Of a stretch of 37,183 nt of DNA, positions 1-10,338 are shown piece by piece. Numbering within the stretch: position 1 is the stretch's first letter; each line of letters starts with the position of its first letter. Source of the DNA: Ignavibacteria bacterium GWF2_33_9 (GTDB lineage: Bacteria > Bacteroidota > Ignavibacteria > Kapaibacteriales > UBA2268); NCBI GenBank assembly GCA_001804565.1, contig MHAC01000016.1, positions 1-37,183 of the forward strand. The letters are read 5' to 3'. The notes beneath the pieces were generated by a model. That model had not been told where the DNA came from, did not search any database, and saw only the letters and a list, made by a program, of their open reading frames with translations. The translations under genes were made by a program, and so were the position numbers.

Positions 1-519
1 AATATTTCTTTGAACAATAATTATAATAAAGAATTTAAATATCTATATAAGATAATTGATATAGAAAGAGGTCAAATATATATCTTAGGTTCAAGTTCAA
101 ATAAAAATTTTAAAGTTCCGAAATACTTTATCAAACCTAGTAGAAAATTAAGATTACAAGTTGAAGTATCAAATCAGGATACAATTTTTAATCTTTTTTC
201 TAATAATTTTTTTTATATTCTTAACGATTTAGTAGTTAACCAATCACAGAACAATATTAATTCAAACAACACAAATAATATTTTGATATATCCAATTCCA
301 TTTAAGAATTATGTTACCTTAAATATTGGAAATTTTACAAATATTTCTAAATTTCAAATTTATGATTTATTAGGAAATGAAGTTTTATCTTATAAAGTTA
401 TAGATTGTTCCTGTAAGTTATTTTCAATTAAAACTGATTTTTTGCGTTCTGGTTACTATCTATTTGTTGTTGATGATATAAACGGTGTTAAGTTTTCATT
501 TAATATTTTCAAACAGTAA
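1..519 (+). CDS. T9SS (Por) type A sorting-domain-containing secreted protein, 5'-truncated by the window edge
   Basis: Frame is open from base 1 (AAT ATT TCT TTG...). The C-terminal ~80 aa read IYPIP-F...FQIYDLLGNEV...LRSGYYLFVV...FNIFKQ, matching the YPNP / IYDxxG / LxxGxY / terminal K pattern of T9SS type A CTDs. Confidence 0.75.
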   Translation, partial: NISLNNNYNKEFKYLYKIIDIERGQIYILGSSSNKNFKVPKYFIKPSRKLRLQVEVSNQDTIFNLFSNNFFYILNDLVVNQSQNNINSNNTNNILIYPIPFKNYVTLNIGNFTNISKFQIYDLLGNEVLSYKVIDCSCKLFSIKTDFLRSGYYLFVVDDINGVKFSFNIFKQ

Positions 520-545
520 TTTTTTAAATTCATAAAGGTATTGGA

Positions 546-1034
546 ATGAAAAAATCGTTTTTGTTATTGTTGTTTTCATTGCTTTTTATGTCGTGTGGTG
601 AATATTCAGAGGAGCCATATTCATTCAAAGCTAATTTCTTAGGCACTTATTATGGTGATGTTAAACTACATATATCTGATTCGAATCATTATATGTACTT
701 TGGATATGAGAGCGGTAGATATGCTGTACTTAAAAATAATTCAAATTTGGAGTATCCTGATTTACCTCCAAGAACAATAATTTGTGATATTTATAAGCAT
801 GACACTACAAAATGGTTTAATCATATTCTCAGAGCATTAAGTCGTTATGAATATGATGAAATAACGAATTATTATTGGGATCATGATGATTTGAATAAAA
901 ACAAAGATACTGTGATACAAAGCATTACATTATATGAATGTGAAGAAGATTCAATAAGTATTATTATTTGCTATAAAGCAAAAAGTATGAGTTTTGGATA
1001 TATTTTTTACGGTGCAAAAGTAAAAGAAAAATAA
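546..1034 (+). CDS. Hypothetical lipoprotein
   Basis: MKK plus hydrophobic stretch plus lipobox-like FMS-C; AAAGG SD-like site upstream; no recognisable domain. Confidence 0.7.
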   Translation: MKKSFLLLLFSLLFMSCGEYSEEPYSFKANFLGTYYGDVKLHISDSNHYMYFGYESGRYAVLKNNSNLEYPDLPPRTIICDIYKHDTTKWFNHILRALSRYEYDEITNYYWDHDDLNKNKDTVIQSITLYECEEDSISIIICYKAKSMSFGYIFYGAKVKEK

Positions 1035-1132
1035 TTGATATAATTAATGTGAAAAAGCAGAATATTACATATAATTTTAAGACTTTGTCTAATAAGTATC
1101 AATAAACAATTTGCATTCGCTCATTATTAATG

Positions 1133-1173
1133 GGTACACTCAGTTCATACATCACTGGGTGTACCTTTTGATT
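1133..1173 (+). terminator. Probable intrinsic terminator after the lipoprotein gene
   Basis: GGTACACTCAGT (1133-1144) pairs with ACTGGGTGTACC (1154-1165), 12 bp with one G-U, followed by TTTTGATTT. Confidence 0.6.
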
Positions 1174-1270
1174 TGAAAAAATGTCAACGCCCTGCCGCCG
1201 GGAGTATATTTTGTGAGAATTGTGGACGTGGTGCAGAAATTTGTGAAGATGTGATGATAGTGAACGGAAA

Positions 1271-1480
1271 AGGGGACGAAGTCCCTGGCATTTCGACACT
1301 CAGGTAGAAATCTGGGCTATTTTGTATGTGACCTCTCCCTAAATCCCTCTCCTTAAAGAGAGGAACTTTTATTTTATGTCATTCCGACTCGCAGGGTGAA
1401 ATCCAGAAATATAGCCCACGATTTTAATCATGGGAAAAGGAAAGCAACACACCCCCTCGCCCCCTCTTGTTTGAGGGGAA
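1271..1480. repeat. Cluster of different short GC-rich REP-like palindromes
   Basis: Hairpins GGGAC-gaa-GTCCC (1273-1285), CTCAGGT-agaa-ATCTGGG-CTA (1299-1319), CCTCTC-cttaaa-GAGAGG (1346-1363), TAG-CCCACGATT-tt-AATCATGGG (1412-1434) and CCCCTC-ttgttt-GAGGGG (1461-1478), plus TGTCATTCCGAC...AATCC (1377-1404), all in otherwise AT-rich DNA. Confidence 0.55.
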
Positions 1481-1534
1481 AAGAAATCACGAAGTGGTTC
1501 AATAAATAATCAGTTCAAAATAAAAGGAAATTTG

Positions 1535-1542
1535 TAATTTTG
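1535..1542 (+). promoter_or_regulatory. Bacteroidota-type -7 promoter box (TAnnTTTG) for the VOC gene
   Basis: TAATTTTG 46 nt upstream of ATG 1589; the same motif precedes several other units in the window. Confidence 0.5.
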
Positions 1543-1588
1543 TGAATATTTTTGACTTTGATTTATTCAATTAAAAATAAGGATTTAA

Positions 1589-2086
1589 ATGAAAACAAAT
1601 AATCCCTTGCAAATATGCCTTTGGTTCGATAATCAGGCAGAAGAAGCAGTTAACTTTTACTCTTCTCTTTTTCCGAATTCGAAAATTGGAAAAATTGCTC
1701 GTTACACTTCCGAAGGAAAGGAAATTCACGGACAGGACGAAGGTAAAGTAATGACAATAGATTTCGAATTGAACGGAATGAAGTTCATTGCTCTAAATGG
1801 TGGTCCAATATTCAAATTCAATGAGTCAATGTCCATTTGTGTGATGTGCGATACTCAGGAGGAAATTGACTATTACTGGTCTGAGCTTACTAAAGAAGGT
1901 GCTGAAAGTTATTGCGGCTGGTTGAAGGATAAATTCGGAGTATCCTGGCAGATTGCTCCAAATGTATTGAGCAATATGCTTTCTGATGAGAATCCGAGGA
2001 AAGTTCAAACAGTTACAGCTGCTTTTATGCAGGTTCGTAAGTTTGTCATTGCAGATTTATGGACGGCATTTAATTCAGTGAAATAG
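1589..2086 (+). CDS. VOC family protein (PhnB / 3-demethylubiquinone-9 3-methyltransferase-like)
   Basis: CLWFDNQAEEAVNFY, FIALNGGP-FKFNESMS, QEEIDYYW and CGWLKDKFGVSWQI motifs. Confidence 0.9.
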   Translation: MKTNNPLQICLWFDNQAEEAVNFYSSLFPNSKIGKIARYTSEGKEIHGQDEGKVMTIDFELNGMKFIALNGGPIFKFNESMSICVMCDTQEEIDYYWSELTKEGAESYCGWLKDKFGVSWQIAPNVLSNMLSDENPRKVQTVTAAFMQVRKFVIADLWTAFNSVK

Positions 2087-2140
2087 TTTTCAAACTATGT
2101 ATTACTAAGGAATCTCAACAATTCACCAAATTTATATATC

Positions 2141-2163
2141 AAAAAAGGGGCTCATTGCCCCTT
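2141..2163 (-). terminator. Intrinsic terminator of katG (may also serve the convergent VOC gene)
   Basis: AAGGGGC-tcatt-GCCCCTT hairpin with an A-run on the + strand (U-tract on the minus strand), about 20 nt past the katG stop. Confidence 0.75.
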
Positions 2164-2185
2164 CTCTAATATTGTACATCCTATT

Positions 2186-4399
<2,214 letters not shown>

Positions 4400-4708
4400 T
4401 TATTTTTATATAAAATTTTATATAAAAGAATCTTAAATTGTTATTAATTTTAGAGAAATTAACATACTTGTTATTACGAATTAATACAATATTATTGAAT
4501 TAATATACACATCTATTTTAAAATGTACTAATTAGTGAAGATACCTAAAATTATTTTTATTTACTAATCGTAATTCATTCATACAATTAATATTTTGTGC
4601 GTTCCTACAAATAAGTATTAGTAAGTATTAAATAAATAAGCATGCAAAAGAAAAACATAATTAAGAATAAGACCCGTGCAATTCCTCAAAATGCGTAATT
4701 TTGTTATT

Positions 4709-5962
4709 ATGAAAATTCCACAAATCAATATAAATGATTATAATTATTATCTCCCATCTGAACGAATTGCACAATTTCCACTTCAGGAGCGGGATAACAG
4801 TAAATTGCTCTTTGCAGATTGCAGTTCCAAGAGTATTGAGCATTACTATTTTCGTGATATTCCGGGAATAATTCCTTCGGAATCGCTTCTGATAAGGAAT
4901 GATACCAAAGTATTTCCTGCCAGGCTTTACGTGCTGAAGCCAACAGGCGGGAATGTGGAAATATTGATTGAATCTCCTGTTTCGCACTTGGAACCACAAA
5001 TTGCACTGAAAGAACAAGGTCCGCAAAGCTGGCTTTGTACAGTACGGGGTAAGCATTTGCATGAGGGACTGGATTTGCGGGGTGATTTTTTTTCAGATAA
5101 ATACGGCAAGCTCATTCTCAATGCAAAAATCCTGGAAGTAAAGGAAGGCAAGCGTGTAATAGAATTTACTTGGGAACCGGGGAATCTTGCTTTCGCTGAT
5201 TTTTTAGATATAATAGGGAAAGTGCCACTGCCGCCATATATTCACAGGGTTGCATTAGAATCGGATACAAATACATATCAAACTGTGTTTGCTAAAGTGG
5301 AAGGTTCAATTGCTGCCCCAACAGCAGGTTTGCACTTTACTCCCAATGTTGCTGAAAATCTTGCTGAAAAAGGTATTCAAACGATTGATATAACGCTGCA
5401 TGTGGGGTCGGGTACATTTGCACCAATGAAAAGCGATAATGTGGAAGGACATTCCATGCACTACGAGCAATTTTCCGTAAATTTAGCTAAACTCGAAATA
5501 CTGCATAAGTATTTGAATGATAACAAATTATCTGAAATAAAAAGAAGGATAATTAGCACAGGAACGACTACTACACGAACGCTTGAAACATTGTACTGGC
5601 TAGGGATGAAGGTTCATCTGGGTAAAACAAAAAATCTGAATGATTTCCGGCAGTGGGATTGGGCAGAACTTAATGATGAAAACTTACTCAACCCGGCTGA
5701 TGCAATAGAGGAATTTGCTAATTATTTACATAAGTTAAATATTAAAAATTTCCAGGGAGAAACAAGTATGTTCATTGTTCCGGGATATGATTTTAAGATT
5801 ATTAATGGATTAATCACAAACTTTCACCTGCCGAAGAGCACTCTGCTGCTTCTGATTGCATCATTTGCAGGAAGTGATTTCTATAAAAAAATATATACAT
5901 CCGCACTGGAAAATGATTACAGATTTCTAAGTTATGGCGATAGTTCCATATTATTCAGATGA
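4709..5962 (+). CDS. queA: S-adenosylmethionine:tRNA ribosyltransferase-isomerase (long Bacteroidota-type QueA)
   Basis: YNYYLPSERIAQFP, NDTKVFPARL, PLPPYI, YQTVFA, AAPTAGLHFT, TLHVGSGTF, TNFHLPKSTL and YRFLSYGDS. ATG 4709 is preferred over GTG 4676 because homology begins there and a promoter box lies at 4696-4703. Confidence 0.93.
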   Translation: MKIPQININDYNYYLPSERIAQFPLQERDNSKLLFADCSSKSIEHYYFRDIPGIIPSESLLIRNDTKVFPARLYVLKPTGGNVEILIESPVSHLEPQIALKEQGPQSWLCTVRGKHLHEGLDLRGDFFSDKYGKLILNAKILEVKEGKRVIEFTWEPGNLAFADFLDIIGKVPLPPYIHRVALESDTNTYQTVFAKVEGSIAAPTAGLHFTPNVAENLAEKGIQTIDITLHVGSGTFAPMKSDNVEGHSMHYEQFSVNLAKLEILHKYLNDNKLSEIKRRIISTGTTTTRTLETLYWLGMKVHLGKTKNLNDFRQWDWAELNDENLLNPADAIEEFANYLHKLNIKNFQGETSMFIVPGYDFKIINGLITNFHLPKSTLLLLIASFAGSDFYKKIYTSALENDYRFLSYGDSSILFR

Positions 5963-5963
5963 T

Positions 5964-6018
5964 AGAAAAGGAATAAATATTAAATATCTCTTGTAGTTAA
6001 TTTGTTTATCCCTTTTCT
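5964..6018. terminator. Possible bidirectional terminator between convergent queA and tolC
   Basis: AGAAAAGGAATAAATA (5964-5979) pairs with TGTTTATCCCTTTTCT (6003-6018) with one mismatch; large loop and AT-rich. Confidence 0.35.
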
Positions 6019-6041
6019 CGTTAATTCAATTATTTTCTTAC

Positions 6042-7226
6042 TTAATTTATAATTTCACTAAATATAATTTGTGAATAGAGATTAGAAATCGTCTTGTAAT
6101 ATTCTAATTCATTTATTAGAATATTATCTAATATCTCATAATATAATTGATTGTCTAAATAATACTGTGTTAATGAGATATGTCCAAGTTTGTATGATTT
6201 TTCATTTAATTCGAGTTGCGAAAAATCAATTAATTCTTTTTGTTCGTCCATCGATTTTTTCAATTCAATAGATTTTTCGAAGAGTATTTTCTTTTTAATA
6301 GATAATCCTGACAAATAGGATTGTTTGTTTAAATTAATGAAATTAATATCACTCAATGCCTTAGGAACTTTGTTTGAGTTTTCAAAAAGAGGGATTGACA
6401 TCTGAAGTTGAATTCCTCTATATTCAAATTCAGGTTCATTTTCATAGCGATAACCTATATCAAAATTCGGCAGCCAACCACTTTTGGCCAAACTTAATTT
6501 TTTATCAAATAATTTCTCTTCATAGATTAATGTATTTAAATAATTATCTAAATCTTTAATTTTGAGAAATAATGAATCGAAGTTAGAAATAAGTTCAACT
6601 TGGAAATATTCGTTTAGATTTATTTCAAATGATTCGCCTCCATTTAAATTTATCAATTCGAATTTGAAAGAGCGTAAATTTAATTTCGCAATATTTAACT
6701 TGGTTTTATCAACCGAATAAGAAGATTTTACCTTATTTAATTCTAAAATACCAACATCTCCTGCATCAAATCTTGTTTGAATTGTATTTAACATATTTTC
6801 AGAAGAAATACTCCTTTGTTCTAACTCTGCCACCAGTTTAGTTTGATAAATATAGTTCATCAAAATATCCTGTGCATTTTCAAAAACTTGGAGCATTAAT
6901 TCTTTGAATTTATTTTCATAATATTTTATTTGGTAAGAAGCTATATCAGATTTTAGAAAATAAATACTAGGGAATTCAAATGGTTGAGAAATTGTTAATT
7001 CTTGTTTATTACCGGGAATGAGACCAATTCCAGATAAATATGAATATTCAATAGATGGATTTTGGGGTAATAAACCGGTTTTGCTTTCAAATTTAATTGA
7101 GTTTAATTGCTCTCTGTAAGCTTTAATTTCCAGATTATTTTTAATAATATTTCTCAGAATATCATTATAAGATTGAGAGAAGGCAATATTAAATGAAATT
7201 AGAATTAAAAATATATATTTGATCAT
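6042..7226 (-). CDS. TolC/CzcC-family outer-membrane factor of the heavy-metal RND system
   Basis: Signal peptide; NPSIEY, ISQPFEFP, RFDAGDVGILELNK, WLPNFDIG, MSIPLF and YKLGHISL patterns of OMFs; start overlaps the RND stop (ATGA, 7223-7226). Confidence 0.85.
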   Translation of the reverse strand: MIKYIFLILISFNIAFSQSYNDILRNIIKNNLEIKAYREQLNSIKFESKTGLLPQNPSIEYSYLSGIGLIPGNKQELTISQPFEFPSIYFLKSDIASYQIKYYENKFKELMLQVFENAQDILMNYIYQTKLVAELEQRSISSENMLNTIQTRFDAGDVGILELNKVKSSYSVDKTKLNIAKLNLRSFKFELINLNGGESFEINLNEYFQVELISNFDSLFLKIKDLDNYLNTLIYEEKLFDKKLSLAKSGWLPNFDIGYRYENEPEFEYRGIQLQMSIPLFENSNKVPKALSDINFINLNKQSYLSGLSIKKKILFEKSIELKKSMDEQKELIDFSQLELNEKSYKLGHISLTQYYLDNQLYYEILDNILINELEYYKTISNLYSQIIFSEIIN

Positions 7227-10200
7227 GATATTTTCCTATTTAATATTCTACTTTTTTGAGTAATATAATATACAATTGGTAGTACGATTAAGTTCAAAAA
7301 TGTGGAACTAAACAGTCCTCCAAGGATAACTTCAGCCATCGGACTTTGAATCTCATTTCCGGGCTTATCACCTGCCAGAACTAATGGAACCAACGCTAAT
7401 GCAGCAGTGAGAGCAGTCATCAATACGGGATTTAGTCTATCCAAAGAGCCTTGAATAATTGCATCTTTTAATGCTAATCCATCGTCTATGAGTTTGTCAT
7501 AGCGTGAAACCATTAAAATACCATTTCTGGTAGCTATCCCAAAAAGAGTTATAAATCCAATTAAAGATGGTATGCTTATGATTGAGGATGAGAACCAAAT
7601 AATAATAATTCCACCAATCAAAGCTAATGGTAAATTTATTAAAATTACTCCAGCAGTAAGATAATTCTTGAATTCCTGATAGAGAATAAAGAAAATTAAA
7701 AGAATGGAAACAATTGAAACTAAGATTATAATTCTAGAAGCATTTTCCTCACTTTCGAATTGACCTCCATATTCCACATAATAATTATCAGGCAGCTCTA
7801 TTTTAGTATTAACTACCGATTTAATTTCGTTAACAGCACTCCGTACATCCCTATCTGCAACATTTGCAGAAATAATAATTCTTCTTTTTACATTTTCACG
7901 GTTTATTACATTAAGTCCTTTTGCAGAACGAATCTCGGCAATATCTCCTAATTTAATTATTTCTCCCTCTCTGGTATCTACCGGAACATTTTTCAAAGTT
8001 AGATAATCATCTCTATATTCTTTTTTTAACCTTAAGAGCAAATCGAAAGATTTTTCGTTTTCAAACACATTTCCAATAATTTCGCCTCCTAAAGCAGTAT
8101 TGATGATTTCATTAAAATGACCAAGAGAAATTCCATATCTGTTTAGAACTTCACGTTTAGGAATAATGTGAATTTGAGGTACCGACATGATTTGTTCAAC
8201 ACTCAGGTCTGCAACACCATCTATTTCAGAAATTTCAGTATTGATTTTGTTCGCAATTGAATACATCAAGTCCAGATTCGTGCCAAAAAGTTTAATAGCT
8301 ATGCTTGTTTTCACACCGGAAATAATATGATCTATTCTATGACTGATTGGTTGACCAATATTGAAAACGATGCCTGTTATTGATGATAATTTACTCCTCA
8401 CGTCTTTCAGAAATTCCTTTCTGGATCTGTTGGTTAATTTAAATGGGGTTTCAATTTCAGAGATACTGGAGCCGAAGGAATGTTCAGAAAGTTCTGCCCT
8501 TCCGGTTTTTCGGGCTGTAGAGATAACTTCCGGAATGGATAAGAGTGCTCTTTCTGTTTGAACGCCAATTTTATCAGATTCTTCTAGTGAAATACCGGGT
8601 GTAGTAGCAACATTAATTGTTAGCGAGCCTTCGTTGAAAACCGGTAGAAAATTTCTTCCGAGAAATTTAATTGAAATTAATGAACCTATTAATATTATTG
8701 CAACAGTAACGATAATTTTCTTTCGATGCGAAAATGATAAAGAGAGTACTTTCAAATAAACTTTCTTAAGAAAAGTGATTAAGAAATTATCGCTTTTTTG
8801 CCTGCCAAGTAGTTTTTTGTCGGTTAATAAATAACTGCATAATACGGGAGTAATCGTAATCGAAACAATTAATGAGGCAAATAATGAAATCACAAATGAA
8901 ACACCAAGAGGTTGCAGCATTCTGCCTTCCACACCACTAAGGAAGAATAATGGCAGAAAAGCAATAATAATAATGAACGTTGCTTTAATTATGGATGCCC
9001 TAATTTCCATTGATGCATCATAAACTACTTTGAAAGTGCTTTGTTTGAGTGAATCAGGTAAATAATAATTTTCTTTTAATCTCTTGAATACATTTTCCAC
9101 ATCAATAATTGCATCATCCACAAGAGAACCAATTGCTATGGCCATTCCGCCCAAACTCATAGTATTTATACTAAGTCCAAAGATTTTCATTATAATTATT
9201 GTAGTCAGTAATGAAAGTGGTATGGAGATAATAGAAATAATTGTTGTCCTAAAGCTCATTAAGAAAATGAATAGAATAATTATTACAAATATTGCACCTT
9301 CTAATAAAGCATTCTGGACATTGTCAATTGATGTGTTAATAAAATTGGCTTGATGAAAAGGTTCTGTCTTGAATTTAATATTTCCGGGTAAATTCTTTGA
9401 AAGATCTTGAATATTAGCAGTAATTTTTTTAGTTAAATCAATTGTGCTTACTCCTGATTGCTTTGTAACAGTAATTATAACTGCAGGTTTTTCATTATAC
9501 GATGCTTTGTTTAAGCTCTGAGCAGGCATGATTTGGACTTCTGCAATGTCCTTTAACCTAACAGGAAATCCATCAATCATTTTAATAACACTCAGGGCAA
9601 TTTCTTCGGGATTTGTAGTTCTCGATAGACCTCTTATGATATATTCATTTCCGAATTGATTGAAAAATCCTCCATTAGAATTTACATTCATATTTTTGCA
9701 AGCTTCAAGTATATCATCAACAGAAATTCCATAAGTTTGCATTTTCTGGGCATCAATTAATATCTGAAATTGCTTTTCATCACCGCCCATAACGGAAACT
9801 TGTGCAACTCCTCCCAAAGCAAGTAATCTTGGTTTCACATTCCAATCTGCAATTGTACGTAAATCCATTTGCGAAAGGGAATCCGATGTCATGGCAAATA
9901 CGAATATTTCTCCAAGCAAGGATGTTTGTGGTGCAAGTATTGGTGCAGATGTACCTTCGGGTAATTTACCGGAGATCTGCGATAATTTTTCGGTAACGAT
10001 CTGCCTGTCTCTGAATACATCTGTTCCCCAGTCAAATTCTACCCAAACAATAGAAAATCCCATTGTAGAATTTGATCTTACTCTACGCACACCCGGTGAA
10101 CCATTCATGACAGTTTCTATCTGAAAGGTTATCATTTTTTCAACTTCTTCTGGGGCCATACCTTGGGCTTCTGTCATTACTACAACGGTAGGTGCACTCA

Positions 10201-10327
10201 AATCAGGGAAAATATCTACGTCCATGTTTGAAGAAATTACTATACCGCTAATCATTACTATTATCCCGAAGATCAATACAGGAATTTTATTTGTTAATGA
10301 GAAATTTAAAATTTTATTTAGCATCAT
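7223..10327 (-). CDS. czcA: CzcA/CusA-family heavy-metal efflux RND permease
   Basis: 1034 aa. VDIFPDLSAPTVVVMTEA-GMAPEEVE, SLGGMAIAIGSLVDDAIIDVEN, FLPLFFLSGVEGRM, TGRAELSEH, GQPISHRIDH, GIATRNGI and RLNPVLMTA. Family-level call with unknown metal specificity; start may be 10324. Confidence 0.88.
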   Translation of the reverse strand: MMLNKILNFSLTNKIPVLIFGIIVMISGIVISSNMDVDIFPDLSAPTVVVMTEAQGMAPEEVEKMITFQIETVMNGSPGVRRVRSNSTMGFSIVWVEFDWGTDVFRDRQIVTEKLSQISGKLPEGTSAPILAPQTSLLGEIFVFAMTSDSLSQMDLRTIADWNVKPRLLALGGVAQVSVMGGDEKQFQILIDAQKMQTYGISVDDILEACKNMNVNSNGGFFNQFGNEYIIRGLSRTTNPEEIALSVIKMIDGFPVRLKDIAEVQIMPAQSLNKASYNEKPAVIITVTKQSGVSTIDLTKKITANIQDLSKNLPGNIKFKTEPFHQANFINTSIDNVQNALLEGAIFVIIILFIFLMSFRTTIISIISIPLSLLTTIIIMKIFGLSINTMSLGGMAIAIGSLVDDAIIDVENVFKRLKENYYLPDSLKQSTFKVVYDASMEIRASIIKATFIIIIAFLPLFFLSGVEGRMLQPLGVSFVISLFASLIVSITITPVLCSYLLTDKKLLGRQKSDNFLITFLKKVYLKVLSLSFSHRKKIIVTVAIILIGSLISIKFLGRNFLPVFNEGSLTINVATTPGISLEESDKIGVQTERALLSIPEVISTARKTGRAELSEHSFGSSISEIETPFKLTNRSRKEFLKDVRSKLSSITGIVFNIGQPISHRIDHIISGVKTSIAIKLFGTNLDLMYSIANKINTEISEIDGVADLSVEQIMSVPQIHIIPKREVLNRYGISLGHFNEIINTALGGEIIGNVFENEKSFDLLLRLKKEYRDDYLTLKNVPVDTREGEIIKLGDIAEIRSAKGLNVINRENVKRRIIISANVADRDVRSAVNEIKSVVNTKIELPDNYYVEYGGQFESEENASRIIILVSIVSILLIFFILYQEFKNYLTAGVILINLPLALIGGIIIIWFSSSIISIPSLIGFITLFGIATRNGILMVSRYDKLIDDGLALKDAIIQGSLDRLNPVLMTALTAALALVPLVLAGDKPGNEIQSPMAEVILGGLFSSTFLNLIVLPIVYYITQKSRILNRKIS

Positions 10328-10338
10328 TTTTCCCTATA

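Noticed and set aside
1099-1299. 66-aa minus-strand ORF in the intergenic region
   Set aside because: Non-ATG start, no recognisable motif, and it runs across a terminator hairpin and REP-like elements; likely spurious.
1271-1480. Possible CRISPR array
   Set aside because: The palindromes differ from one another, there is no constant repeat-spacer period, and there are no cas genes.
4661-5151. Minus-strand ORFs overlapping queA, and the GTG 4676 start
   Set aside because: Antisense shadows of a well-conserved gene; QueA homology starts at ATG 4709.
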